NCBI GenBank assembly: GCA_965198115.1
Contig: OZ240241.1
Span: 2,080,001-2,144,000 of the forward strand
Source: Candidatus Latescibacterota bacterium
Lineage (GTDB): Bacteria > Latescibacterota > UBA2968
Length of the DNA: 64,000 bases
Direction: 5' to 3'
In this document: one piece after another, positions 10,719-21,559 of the stretch
How the letters are laid out: every line of letters begins with the position of its first letter
Numbering within the stretch: position 1 is the stretch's first letter
Made by a program: the position numbers and the translations under genes
Notes under the pieces: model-generated
What the model was told of the DNA's origin: nothing
Seen by the model: only the letters and a program-made list of their open reading frames with translations
Databases searched by the model: none

Positions 10719-10810
10719 GCTACTCTTTTGGCCACAAAAGAGTAGAACACAGATAGATAGCACACGAAGAGTTTGCGTAAGGGCATCCACTCTTTCGCGT
10801 GAAAGAAACC

Positions 10811-12628
10811 TCAATTCTCGATCGGGAGGTATTCCAGAAACCACGCCAGCGTACGCTGCGCACAATCCCTCCGATTGACCGGCTTCCTGAACCCGTGCTC
10901 CTCGCCGGGGTAAACGACGAGCCCCGTCGCCACACCGCGATGCTTGAGCGCGCCGTAGACGATCTGGCTCTGTGACAAGGTGCAGATCGGATCCCTGTCT
11001 CCGTGCAACAACAGCGTCGGCGTATCGATCGCGTGAAGGTGCGAGAAAACGTCGCTCCCAACGCTGTCGCCCCCCATCGGCCAGGTGACCGGTGCGATAT
11101 ACTCCTCTTCATAGGTAAAGTCGCCCGTCTCCAACGTCATCCGTCGATTCTCTATGAACCCGTAAAGCGCGACCCCCGCCCGGAATCGATCGGTCGCAGC
11201 CACACCCCGAAGCGTCATGTAGCCGCCGTAGGATCCGCCGAAGATCCCGAAGCGATCCGTGTCCGTCAGACCCATCTGGACAAGCCGATCCATACCCGTC
11301 AGGATATCGTCGAGATCCTTGTCCCCCTGGCAACCGATGTTTGCGGCAAGAAAGTCGTCACCGAACCCCTTCGATCCGCGGAAGGCCGGCTCGAACACCC
11401 TGTAACCAGCTCGCAAAAGATGTCGATGTCGAACTGCCTCACCCCTGACCGCTTCTACCTCGCCAGCCGGTCCACCGTGCGCGCGTACCAGAACGGGCGC
11501 CCCATCAGGTGTGTCGATTCGCTCATAGAGGACGCCTTCGATGTTCAACTCGTCCGATGCCTGCCACGAAAGGGTTCGAATCGTCAGATCGTCGAAAGAC
11601 TGCGACTGGGGCAAAGACGCCTGCTGATCCCCGATCACCACCGTGGGGAACTGCGCCATATCGGCGAACACGTAGGCCCGGGGATCATCGCTTGCCGCCG
11701 CCAGCACTGCGGGTGACCCGTCCCACGCGCTCTGCTCGCCATCGATCTTCAACACGTCGGTATGTCGGTGGAGTCCGTCGACGCGCGCGACCCACAGGCG
11801 TCCGTCATCGAGCCACCCCCAGTCGTGGTTCGCTTTTCCCCCGCCAGTGAGATTGATTCTCGTCGCCTCGTCCCACGGCTGCCACCAGAGATCCAGGTGC
11901 GTCGTGATCGGCCGCTCGGTCGTGAAGTTGGCATCGAGGACAACACCCGATCCATCCGGCGCCACAGAAACTCGGTGCGCCTGACCCGCGTCGGTCGTCA
12001 GCTCCATCACGTGCCCATCGTCGACATCCACGCCCCGAAACTGACCTAGCTGCGCTTCCTCCGGAATCACGTTGGTCGGTTCGACCCACGCGATGCGGTG
12101 ACCATCTGTCGATTGGGAGAGACTCTGGCACCCCGCGGGCACCCGCGTCACTTCCCGCCATCCGGTGGTGGGCTTGTAGGTCTGAAGCGATACAGTCGGA
12201 CGGGGGGATGGACTCAGCAGAGGCGCATCGGGATCCTGCTCAGGCCCGTCGTCCACGAGCGCGGACAAACGTGGACCGTCGGCCAGCCAGGAAGCCGCTA
12301 AAGCTGTGACGTTCTTCGGCAAGGCGACCAGATCACGCGCGGTCCCGTCCACCTCGACGAGCCTCACGGAGGCGTCGACTCTGCAGAGAAAGGCCTCGCT
12401 CGCTGCCCAGATGCCGTCCACGCTCTCGAAGCCCGGAATCGGCTGGAGTTCGTCGTCCCCGTGCGCCAGGCGATACAGGAACGTTCCCTCGCGCACGGCG
12501 GAAAGGAGCACGACGACCGCGCCGCCGCTCAACTGGATCAGGTCCTCTGGATAGACAAGATCGTCTGTAGGATCGGTCTCTTTCCGGAGGGCGTCTGGAA
12601 GATCGGGAGTCGTCTGGAGGGCGTTCAC
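10811..12628 (-). CDS. S9 family peptidase (prolyl oligopeptidase/acylaminoacyl peptidase)
   Basis: HGGP, GGSYGG nucleophile elbow, HGDRDP and GEEHG triad; propeller-like N-terminus. Start uncertain (ORF open from 12742). Confidence 0.88.
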   Translation of the reverse strand: MNALQTTPDLPDALRKETDPTDDLVYPEDLIQLSGGAVVVLLSAVREGTFLYRLAHGDDELQPIPGFESVDGIWAASEAFLCRVDASVRLVEVDGTARDLVALPKNVTALAASWLADGPRLSALVDDGPEQDPDAPLLSPSPRPTVSLQTYKPTTGWREVTRVPAGCQSLSQSTDGHRIAWVEPTNVIPEEAQLGQFRGVDVDDGHVMELTTDAGQAHRVSVAPDGSGVVLDANFTTERPITTHLDLWWQPWDEATRINLTGGGKANHDWGWLDDGRLWVARVDGLHRHTDVLKIDGEQSAWDGSPAVLAAASDDPRAYVFADMAQFPTVVIGDQQASLPQSQSFDDLTIRTLSWQASDELNIEGVLYERIDTPDGAPVLVRAHGGPAGEVEAVRGEAVRHRHLLRAGYRVFEPAFRGSKGFGDDFLAANIGCQGDKDLDDILTGMDRLVQMGLTDTDRFGIFGGSYGGYMTLRGVAATDRFRAGVALYGFIENRRMTLETGDFTYEEEYIAPVTWPMGGDSVGSDVFSHLHAIDTPTLLLHGDRDPICTLSQSQIVYGALKHRGVATGLVVYPGEEHGFRKPVNRRDCAQRTLAWFLEYLPIEN

Positions 12629-12763
12629 GGTCGGTATGATAGGCGGGCGTGTCGGTGGACGCAATGCACAAACGGGCGTTGACCGCCCAAATGCGTTGAC
12701 GGTATCCGCCAGTGGGTTTACCATTTGCGGCCGTTCGACCATCCGCTGAAAGGAGCGCTCGAG

Positions 12764-14224
12764 TTGGCTCGAAACCTACTGTTCATCACGACCGATCAGC
12801 AACGCTGGGACAGTCTTCCGTGCTACGGTCTCGACTTCATGAAGACACCCAACCTCGATCGGTTGGCGGCCGAGGGCACGGTATTCGAACACTGCATCGT
12901 CCCCTCACCGGTCTGCGTCCCGTGCCGTGCCGCGATCATGAGTGGCCAGTACCCGTCGACAACCGGGGTACTCGGCAACGGACACTGGCTCCCCGATTCG
13001 GTGCCCACGTGGCCGGCTCTCATCGGGCAGAATCGTCGCACGGCCGCCATCGGAAAGATGCACTTCCATCCGTGGGACTCGCTTGAGGGCTTCGACGAGC
13101 GGATCATGGCCGAGGACAAGCGGCACATCTACCTCCCCGACCATCACGTGCAATTCCTCGCCGCTCACGGCCTGGACCGCCCCCATCCCACGACCCTTCC
13201 CCGGTATTACGAATCCCTCGGGGCTTCCTTTACGCCTCGCGAACGCCGATTCCACGTCGACGGGTTCGTCGGCGACAGTGCCGCGCGTTGGATTCAGGAG
13301 AACGGGGGCGAACCCTTCGCCGCGTGGGTCAGCTTCCCCGGCCCTCACGACCCTTACGACCCGCCCGAAGAACTGGCAGGCCTCTACGAGGATGCTCCGA
13401 TCCCTGACCCTATCGGATCACCCGAGGAGCTCGCATCGAAGCCGCCCGCCCAGCGGGACCGGGGCGCCGGGAGCCTCACCAATTCAATGTTCCGCCTGGA
13501 CCTGTCCAAAGCCACCGTCGAGCACTACAGGCAGTGGCGTCGCCACTATTACGCGAACATCACGCTGATCGACGAAGGGATCGGAAAGATCGTGGAGGCG
13601 CTCGAATCTCGCGGCGTCCTGGACGACACGCTCATCATCTACACGAGCGATCACGGGGATGCGCTCGGGGATCACGGTCTCCCCTTCAAAGCTTTTTTCT
13701 ACGACTGCATGTCCCGCGTGCCGCTAATCATCCGCAGTCCAGGCGTCCCATCCGGCCAACGTGCCGACTCGCTCATCTCCTCGCTCGATCTCGTGCCGTT
13801 GTTCTACCACGCCTGCGACACGGACCCGCCATCAGGGCTCCAGGGCGAAGACATCCGCCCGATCTTCGACGATCCCTCGGTATCGATACGCGACCACGTC
13901 TTCTGCGAGATCGGCGGGCGAATGATGGTGCGGACCAGAACCCACAAATACGCGCACTATGCGGACGGATCGTCCGAGCTCTACGACCTTGTCGCTGACC
14001 CCAATGAAATCGAAAACCTCGCGGGGCAAGATTCCGTCTCGAGCGTCGAAACGGCCCTGAAAAGCCGTCTGCTCGAACACACACTGGACTGTCAACGCCA
14101 CCATTCCAGTTACGTGGACGCCGCTCCTTACTGGGTACGGGTCGACCTCGAAGCGGATTACAAACGACAGATGGAAGAAGGCGGCGACACTACTTATCGC
14201 TCCCCGTATGGTCAGGGTGGATGA
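12764..14224 (+). CDS. Cys-type sulfatase
   Basis: NLLFITTDQQR, CVPCR, GKMH, PHDPY, SDHG; AGGAG upstream of TTG 12764. Confidence 0.92.
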   Translation: MARNLLFITTDQQRWDSLPCYGLDFMKTPNLDRLAAEGTVFEHCIVPSPVCVPCRAAIMSGQYPSTTGVLGNGHWLPDSVPTWPALIGQNRRTAAIGKMHFHPWDSLEGFDERIMAEDKRHIYLPDHHVQFLAAHGLDRPHPTTLPRYYESLGASFTPRERRFHVDGFVGDSAARWIQENGGEPFAAWVSFPGPHDPYDPPEELAGLYEDAPIPDPIGSPEELASKPPAQRDRGAGSLTNSMFRLDLSKATVEHYRQWRRHYYANITLIDEGIGKIVEALESRGVLDDTLIIYTSDHGDALGDHGLPFKAFFYDCMSRVPLIIRSPGVPSGQRADSLISSLDLVPLFYHACDTDPPSGLQGEDIRPIFDDPSVSIRDHVFCEIGGRMMVRTRTHKYAHYADGSSELYDLVADPNEIENLAGQDSVSSVETALKSRLLEHTLDCQRHHSSYVDAAPYWVRVDLEADYKRQMEEGGDTTYRSPYGQGG

Positions 14225-14276
14225 CCCCCCAATCCTCGATTTTCGATTCTCGATACTCGATTAGAAGGGAAACAGA

Positions 14277-15411
14277 ATGAAAATCACGGACGTCACAACC
14301 ACCCGCTTCAAATACACCTCCAACACTGTCCGCGACACCGACGGCCACGGCCATCCTGGCCCCGAGCACGAGGCGATTCAAACGCTGCTGCAGATCGATA
14401 CCGATGAAGATGTCAACGGCTACTGGTTCGGCGCGAACCCGTCCATCGTCGAGAGCGTCATCAAACCCGCGCTCGTCGGACTCGATCCGTTCGATCGCGA
14501 ATGGATCTGGGACGACCTGAACCAACGACAGCGTCTGAATCTGGGAACGATGTCCGATCGCGTGCTCTGCAGCGTGGACTGCGCGCTGTGGGACCTCGCC
14601 GGCCGGGCTCTGGGGAAACCCGTTTACAAGCTCCTCGGCGGTTTTAGGGACACAGTCCCCGCCTACTGCAGCACGATGTGTGGCGACGACCTCGAGGGCG
14701 GTCTCGCGACGCCCCAGGACTATGCCAACTTCGCCGAGTGGGCGATGAAGAAGGGCTACCCCTCCTACAAACTCCACACCTGGCAGCCACCCTACGAGGG
14801 TGCTCCCAGCGTCAAGCGCGACCTGGAAGCGTGCGCTGCGGTACGTGACGTCTGTGGACCGGACGTGCCGCTCATGCTCGATCCCTACCACTACTATGAC
14901 AGGGAAGCCGCGCTCAAGCTTGCGAAGGGTCTTGAGGAAATCGACTACTACTGGATGGAAGAGCCCATGGACGAGCACAGCATGTCCTCATACATCTGGC
15001 TCACCGCGCAGACGTCGCTACCGATCTGCGGGCCGGAAACGTGCGAGGGCAAGATGTACGTCCGTGCCGAGTGGATCAAAAACAACGCGTGTGACATCAG
15101 CCGTGCCGGTGTCGGAGACGTTGGTGGCATCACCCCGCTGATGAAAACCGTTCACCTCTGCGAGTCGTTCGGGATGCGATGTGAAATCCACGGTGGGGGC
15201 CCCGGCAATCTCCACGCGCTCTGTGCGATGAAGAACGGCGAGTTTTACGAGCGTGGACTCCACTCCCTTCATCGAATTCGACGAACCCGCCGCCTGGCTC
15301 AACGAGCTTGTCGACCCTATGGACGGTCAAGGATTCGTCCACGTTCCGCAGACACCGGGCCTCGGAATGAATATCAACTGGGACTACATCGAGAAGAACA
15401 AGGTCGATTAG
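14277..15411 (+). CDS. Mandelate racemase/muconate lactonizing enzyme (enolase superfamily) protein, frameshift near 15263
   Basis: DCALWDLAGR..GKPVYKLLGG, WMEEP, GGIT. The family-like C-terminus (PFIEFD...VHVPQTPGLG.NINWD) lies in another frame ending at 15411. Confidence 0.88.
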
Positions 15412-15723
15412 GCCAAGGTCAGTTCTCAGAAGTCAGCGGAAATGCAAAGACCGCCCATCTTATTCATGCATCTGGCTACCGCTCTGGGTGGATATCGGTG
15501 CAGCTCCACAACTGAGGTGATATCGTATCGCCTTCCAAACGAGCCAACGGCCCGTAATACCTCAGCCCAGCCCAACGGGCTGGGGTCATCCGAACAAGCA
15601 AACGGGCACAGCGGGCCACAGCCCGCGATATCACCATCACAGGCGCATATCCGACACCTCACCTGGAGGAAATTTCCCCGATCCCGTCGTACGGTCTTTC
15701 CCGAACACTGAACACCTACCACT

Positions 15724-15791
15724 TAACACCTTATTTTACAACATCTTATCACCAATCAATCAACCGCTCTCTCAATTGGCACACCCCGTGC
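15724..15791 (+). promoter_or_regulatory. Putative sigma54 promoter (TGGCAC-N5-GTGC) preceded by an IHF-like AT-rich site
   Basis: GG at 15778-79 and GC at 15790-91 (GG-N10-GC); TAACACCTTATTTTACAACATCTTA at 15724-15748. Confidence 0.55.
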
Positions 15792-15859
15792 CCAGGTAAA
15801 GGTCGGACTGTAGAGCACCTCCCACGCTCTGGTTTCCCCGATCAATCGAGAGAGTCAAG

Positions 15860-16072
15860 ATGGGCATTCGAATTCTAGCAACACACCTGACTTGCCCCGC
15901 CTGTGGCAGCGCCTTTTCACCGATGAACCGCGTGAAAGGAGATCGATGCGAAGCCTGCGGGGAGTCGGCCGAACCAAATGTCTCGGAGAGCCTGTTCACA
16001 CGGCTTCGGGCGCGATTCAGACGACAAATGAACCCTCGCCAAGCCCGTTACGAGACGAACGTCAGTCTGTAG
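15860..16072 (+). CDS. Small zinc-ribbon-like protein (70 aa)
   Basis: CPAC...CEAC pair, purine-rich RBS, downstream of a sigma54-like promoter. Confidence 0.55.
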   Translation: MGIRILATHLTCPACGSAFSPMNRVKGDRCEACGESAEPNVSESLFTRLRARFRRQMNPRQARYETNVSL

Positions 16073-16272
16073 ATTCTCCTCCCCACTCGCTTCGCATAGC
16101 GAAGCGACCAACTGCTCGAGAACGAAAAGAGCCGTGGACGCCTTCCCCAAAAAGGCGACCGCGGCTCTTTTCGTTTCCTCTCCTTTTCCCCGCAAACCTT
16201 GCTACGTATCTTCTTCCCTCACCCTCCGATAGGTGGTGGTCTCGTGTCGATAGCCTGCCCAGAAACGGACAA

Positions 16273-16632
16273 TCACGGCAGAACCGTCGTCGCGTCTGTT
16301 CGTGCCTCTTCGATCGAGGCTGGGCTGAGGCCCCTGGCTCCCGTCAGATCCGCACCCGTCAGGTCGGCGAGCATCAAGTGCGCGTCGGTGAAGTCGGCGT
16401 CCCTTAAATCGCACCCGCTGAAGTCGGTGTATCGCAAATTGGCTTCACGAAACGTGGCGCCAGAGAGTCTGGCACCGCTCAAATTCGTCTTGAGGAAATT
16501 GACCCCCGAAAAGTCTCGACCCTCGAGACGTGCCCCGGTCAGGACCGGTCTGATCCGTAAATTCTCCGACCGCCACCGGTTCCAGACCGAGACCCCCTGT
16601 TTCAGGATGTCCAGATGTTTGGCGACCGCCAT
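16273..16632 (-). CDS. Pentapeptide repeat protein
   Basis: HLDILKQGV..WN.WR followed by A(D/N)Lxx repeats. Confidence 0.9.
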   Translation of the reverse strand: MAVAKHLDILKQGVSVWNRWRSENLRIRPVLTGARLEGRDFSGVNFLKTNLSGARLSGATFREANLRYTDFSGCDLRDADFTDAHLMLADLTGADLTGARGLSPASIEEARTDATTVLP

Positions 16633-16659
16633 CTTCGTGACCTCATTCGGGAGCGCTCT

Positions 16660-17349
16660 GTGCGACAGACCCTTCTTATCCTGACCCTACTGGCAACGTC
16701 GATTCCCACCTTTGGGAGCGACCAGCCGCGGCACATCGAAGTCGTGGGCACCGGCACGGTCTCTCGTGACCCGGACCAGGCCCGCATCAGTTTCGCCGTC
16801 GAAACCCAAGCCGAAACCGCCCAGCAAGCAACCGACCTGAACGCCACACGGACGACGCAGCTGATCGCTGCCATCCGGGAACACGGCATCCTCGAGTCGG
16901 ACTTGCGCACGCTTCATTATCGCCTGTCGCCTAGATACCGAACCGACGACCGTGGCAGGCAAACACTCGATCCCATCGGATTCGTCGCCCACAACACGGT
17001 AGAAGTCGTCGAGCGACGACTGGGTAAAATCGGCGGTCTCATCGATGCGGCCATAGAAGCCGGCGCCAACAGGATCGGCGGGATCGGCTTCGAGCTCTCC
17101 GAGCCTCAGACCGCCCGGCGGGAAGCCCTATCTGCGGCCGTCAGTTTGGCAAGACTCGATGCCGTCGTCATTGCCCGCGCATCGGGTCAGAAGCTGGGCG
17201 AAATCCTGCAAATCGTCTCGCACGGCGGGTCGCCCGTCCCACGATCCGAGCATGTCATGATGGCCACGCGGCAAGCTGACACGCCGATCGAAACGGGCGC
17301 CTTGCAGGTGAGTGCACGCGTCACGGTCCGATTCGCCCTCAAAGACTGA
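16660..17349 (+). CDS. SIMPL domain (DUF541) protein with signal peptide
   Basis: IEVVGTGTV..DPDQARI, IDAAIEAGANRI, ARREAL..AV..AR, VTVRF. Confidence 0.88.
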   Translation: MRQTLLILTLLATSIPTFGSDQPRHIEVVGTGTVSRDPDQARISFAVETQAETAQQATDLNATRTTQLIAAIREHGILESDLRTLHYRLSPRYRTDDRGRQTLDPIGFVAHNTVEVVERRLGKIGGLIDAAIEAGANRIGGIGFELSEPQTARREALSAAVSLARLDAVVIARASGQKLGEILQIVSHGGSPVPRSEHVMMATRQADTPIETGALQVSARVTVRFALKD

Positions 17350-17542
17350 GACAGGCGAGAATTAAGGTCCGGGTTGACACCCCGCAGGTCTGACCGTAGC
17401 TTTGGTGGTGATGACTTCGATCGGGGTCGGGCCCGTGACGGTGGCGTCGTTTAAATTCGCGCCCAATTGGGCATAAAGCACTGTGAACCAAGCAGTTGTA
17501 GCAATCCCAGACCCCTCTCTCCTTCCACAAGGGGGTCTCCCC

Positions 17543-17926
17543 ATGCCGCACATCCTTGTGATCGAAGACGACCCGCAAATCGGGCAGATCGTCCAGGAAA
17601 TCCTCCAACGGGCCGACCACGATGTCGACGTCGTGGAAGATGCGGAACAGGGCATTGCGAGCTACGCTGACAAGCGTCCCGACCTCGTCATCACCGACAT
17701 CATCCTGCCGGAAAAAGATGGCGTCGAGGCCATCCGCGACCTCAAAGCCAGCGACCCCGACGCTCGAATCATCGCGATGATCGGCCTCCGGGGCAGCTAT
17801 AATCGTCTTCCCGCCGCGGAGTTCGTCGGAGCGGCACGCACCCTCATGAAGCCGTTTACGCGGGAAGAACTGCTCACGGTCGTCGACGACGTCCTGGACG
17901 CGACTCCAACAGAATCTTCGAGCTGA
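17543..17926 (+). CDS. Single-domain response regulator (CheY-like)
   Basis: ILVIEDD, DLVITDIILP, KPF. Confidence 0.9.
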   Translation: MPHILVIEDDPQIGQIVQEILQRADHDVDVVEDAEQGIASYADKRPDLVITDIILPEKDGVEAIRDLKASDPDARIIAMIGLRGSYNRLPAAEFVGAARTLMKPFTREELLTVVDDVLDATPTESSS

Positions 17927-17958
17927 TCGCCCCCACCATCGTCAACACGCTTTGATCT

Positions 17959-19290
17959 TCACGCGCTTCGTGCCCAGAAGCTCGTCCGATCGTTCAGCTC
18001 GGTTTCCCATCGCGACATCTCACCACGCAGAGCCTTAACGACGTCGGCCTGATCCCGATCTTCGATCAGATTCGTCATTTCCCAAGGATCGGTTTTCAGA
18101 TCGAACAGCTGAGACGTTCGGTTCCCTTCCACTGCGTACTCGATCAGCTTGTGATCCCCACGCTTCGCACTCCGCTGAAACGCCTTGTAGGCGTATAACA
18201 GTGTCTCCCGCACACACTCGGATCCATCCCCCATCGCATTGACCAGACTCTCGCCTTCGACGGAGTCCGGAATCGGAAGGTCGGCCAGATCGAACAACGT
18301 CGGATAGATATCGTTCAGGTAGCAGTACGCCTCCCGGCGCTCGCCCCTCGGAATCCCCGGCCCCCTGAACACCAGAGGAACCCGCACGCTGTGCTCATAG
18401 ACGTTCTGTTTGCCCATCAGACCGTGTTGCCCCACGGCCAGCCCGTTGTCGCCCGCGAACACGACGATCGTATTCTCTCGATGACGCGTTTCTTCCAGCG
18501 TATCTAACAGCCTACCCACCTGTCGATCCAGGTGGGAAATCATCGCGTAATAGTCGGCGAGGTGCTGGCTCACGACCTCGGGCGTTCGGGGAAACGGCGC
18601 CAGTAGCTCGTCCCGCGTCTCCAGATCTCCGTTGTCGAACGGATGTCGCTCAAAACAGTTGGGCGGAAGCTTCAGCTTCTCCGCATCGTAAAGCGCGTGG
18701 AATTCCGGATGCGTATCACGTGGGTCGTGAGGGGCAGTAAACGAGACATACGCGAAAAATGGGGCTTGCCCATCGTAGCTTTTTAGAAAGTCGATCGCCG
18801 CCTCTGAAAACAGATCGCTCGAATGACGCTTGCTTTCTTGATAGATGCCTGCCTCAGCGTAGGTCCCCGATTCGTCGTAGGGATTGAGGGGCACCTTGAA
18901 GTGATCGCTCATTCCACCGAAGAAAATCCGGTCACCGTGGTCGAAGCATCGCGCGAACGCCGGTCGGCCGTTGTGCCACTTTCCCGTCCCGAAGGTCTGA
19001 TACCCGTGATCGCGTAGGGCTTCGGGCATCATGATGTGATTTTCCGGGATCGACTGTCCTTCCCCCTCGAGATGGAAAAGCGTGCGCCCCCGTCATCAGC
19101 ATGGCCCGACTTGGCATGCATACGGCGCCCGACGTCCCCCCATAATGCTGGCCTCGGTGAACATCGTCCCCTCTTCGACCAATCGGTCCAGGTTGGGTGT
19201 AATGACATCGTCGTTCCCGAGCGCGCGAATCGTGTCGTAGCGCTGATCGTCCGTGAACAGAAACAGAATGTTGGGTTTTGAACGGTCCAT
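17959..19290 (-). CDS. Cys-type sulfatase, with two homopolymer frameshifts near 19090 and 19138
   Basis: [13 protein letters not shown], (GAV)CMPSR, GKWH, APHDP and GDNG spread over three frames. Confidence 0.85.
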
Positions 19291-19577
19291 CAGTCGCTCT
19301 TCTCGATCTCCCAGCCTGTCAGAAAACTTCGGTCCTCTTCCATCGGCTGACACCAGATCCTCTTCGCCCGAAATCGCACTTCGAATTCGACCATTTCCCC
19401 GCCTCCCGTGTAGGCATCCAGATCATCGATGTCGTCACACCACAGCTGCAGACCCGAGGGACTGATGTCCACGATCTGAACATCCCTGAAGCCTCCACCA
19501 TCGACCTGTGCTTCGACCGGAAGAGCCAACCGCAACCGCGCGTTGCGGCGTTGATCGTTACCCGTTGCTTCTGCCAT
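19290..19577 (-). CDS. PilZ domain protein
   Basis: QRRNAR (RxxxR) and DISPSG (DxSxxG) motifs. Confidence 0.75.
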   Translation of the reverse strand: MAEATGNDQRRNARLRLALPVEAQVDGGGFRDVQIVDISPSGLQLWCDDIDDLDAYTGGGEMVEFEVRFRAKRIWCQPMEEDRSFLTGWEIEKSD

Positions 19578-19807
19578 CCGAGTCTCCTTTCGGAAGTGAG
19601 AGTCCAAGATACATCGGTCCGGACGATCCGAGCAATCGGGTCCGCATTGGCTTCGGCATCAGCGTGGCTCTCTATGTAACAGGTTGACACACGTTAGAAA
19701 CCGACTGAAACTGCGGACGAGCGACGACGCAACTCCCACCACGACAGCTCCGCTGCCGAGGACTCCCCTGCAAACACGTACCGAAAGTCCTGTCACGAGT
19801 AAGCGCC

Positions 19808-21061
19808 TTGCGGCCTGATCCGGCCACGTGCGACTCGAAGACCTCGTCGGATTCCGGTCTCCTGCGAGCGGCCAGGCACAGACCGTTCCGGCAGCTGTGG
19901 ACCGCATCGATCATTTCGGCCTTCGCCACGTGGATGAACCGTTTGGCCGTGGGATGGTTCGTACTCGACCAGACCGATTCCGCGCTCCTGACCACGCTTG
20001 CTTACACAGTGCAATCGGCACCCGGTCTGTTCGTCGCCCCGTTCGGAGGGGCTTTGGCCGACCGCTTTCGGCGCAAGTACCTGCTCGCGCTCACGGCGGC
20101 CGTCGAATGTGGCGTCGCAGCCGGGCTGGCCCTCGTCGCCGTCGACGGCATCGAATCCGTATGGCCCGTCGTGCTTCTGGTCGGACTCACCGGTTGTGTC
20201 AACACACTAAAGACACCCTCGACGCAGACGTTGATCCCCGACACGGTCGGCCGAGGCGAAGGGATGAACGGGATCGCCCTCTACTCGGTCGGCATCCGTG
20301 GAGTCGCCGTGGTCGGCGCGCTCTCCGGAGGCATCCTGCTCGAGGTCCACGGCCCGGTGACCGTCTTCACCTCAGCCGCTATTCTCTTCGGCATCGCGGC
20401 TCTGGCCTTCACGCGAATCCGGGTGGCCTCGGCACGATCGACCGATGCGAGTGGGTCTCGCAAGACCGTCATTCAAGAAACGAAAGACGGGCTTCGCGTG
20501 ATGATCGGCCATCCGACCGTTCGCTCGCTCCTCGTCCTGGCCCTGCTCGTGGAGATTCTTTGCTTCTCCTTCCGATCGATTTTGCCGGTCGTGGCGCGCA
20601 ATCGTCTCGGACTCGACGAGTCGGGGCTCGGAGCGCTCACCGCGATGGGTGGGTTCGGGTCCCTCCTCGGCGCGCTCGCCCTCGTCGCACTCAGCGAGTA
20701 CGCACACAAAGGAAGAATGCTGATCCTGATCGCCGGTCTCTACGGGCTTGGCGTCCTGTCACTGGGAGCGTCGAGCCTCGTATGGCTGTCCTTCGCCGTC
20801 ATCGCATGCGTCGGATTGACAGCAGCCATTTTCGATGCGCTTCAGTGGGGTCTGCTCCAGGAAAACGTGCCCGACGAAATGCGCGGGCGTGCGGTGGGAG
20901 GATGGGTCTTCGCGGTGGGCTTCGGCTGGATCGGCCATCTGACCCTCGGAGCCGTGAGCGACGCCTTCGGGGTTCAGTGGGCGCTGGGGATCAACGGTGG
21001 GTTGGCAGTCCTTGTCGCGATCGTGGTCTTCGCGACGGGAAAGTCATTGAAGCAGGCGTGA
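19808..21061 (+). CDS. MFS transporter
   Basis: About 12 hydrophobic segments, GALADRFRRK motif A, VPDEMRGR. Confidence 0.9.
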   Translation: MRPDPATCDSKTSSDSGLLRAARHRPFRQLWTASIISAFATWMNRLAVGWFVLDQTDSALLTTLAYTVQSAPGLFVAPFGGALADRFRRKYLLALTAAVECGVAAGLALVAVDGIESVWPVVLLVGLTGCVNTLKTPSTQTLIPDTVGRGEGMNGIALYSVGIRGVAVVGALSGGILLEVHGPVTVFTSAAILFGIAALAFTRIRVASARSTDASGSRKTVIQETKDGLRVMIGHPTVRSLLVLALLVEILCFSFRSILPVVARNRLGLDESGLGALTAMGGFGSLLGALALVALSEYAHKGRMLILIAGLYGLGVLSLGASSLVWLSFAVIACVGLTAAIFDALQWGLLQENVPDEMRGRAVGGWVFAVGFGWIGHLTLGAVSDAFGVQWALGINGGLAVLVAIVVFATGKSLKQA

Positions 21062-21199
21062 GAAAGGTCCCAGAGCGACTCGACAGCGGGAGCGTTCCTC
21101 GCCGAGACGCATCGTTTGCCGACAAGAGGGCCGTCTTGAGGATGAGTCCAAACTGGGATATCATGAAAGAAGCAACTGTTCAACCACTCGAGGGAACCA

Positions 21200-21427
21200 A
21201 TGGCAGAAGAACTGGGCACGCGTGACGTGTTGGAGCAGGTCGACACTCGACTCGGCAACGTGGAACAGGACATACGCGAAATGCGATCCACTATGGATGC
21301 CCGCTTTGATCGAGTAGACGCACGCTTCGATCGAGTTCATCAAGACTGGCGGTGGCTCATAGGACTCTTCTTCGCCGGCTGGCTGTCCCTAATGGCCACC
21401 GTGGCCTCCATCTGGCTCAAGCTCTGA
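21200..21427 (+). CDS. Small coiled-coil protein with C-terminal membrane anchor (XhlA/DUF1640-like)
   Basis: Heptad repeat DARFDRV x2 followed by WLIGLFFAGWLSLMATVASIW; GAGG RBS. Confidence 0.7.
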   Translation: MAEELGTRDVLEQVDTRLGNVEQDIREMRSTMDARFDRVDARFDRVHQDWRWLIGLFFAGWLSLMATVASIWLKL

Positions 21428-21559
21428 CGTTGTCGAACAGTTGCTCAGGAAGTCGTCCAGATCAGCTCCCGATACGTCTCGGGCACCCAGCCACGTACCC
21501 CTTCGCAACCTCGCTCTCCCTACCTCCTCTCCAGGCAACCTCCCGACCCCACCAGATGT

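Noticed and set aside
15412-15720. Short ORFs or an IS end after the enolase-family gene
   Set aside because: There are no recognisable protein motifs and no partner inverted repeat; only a REP-like hairpin (15564-15585) is supported.
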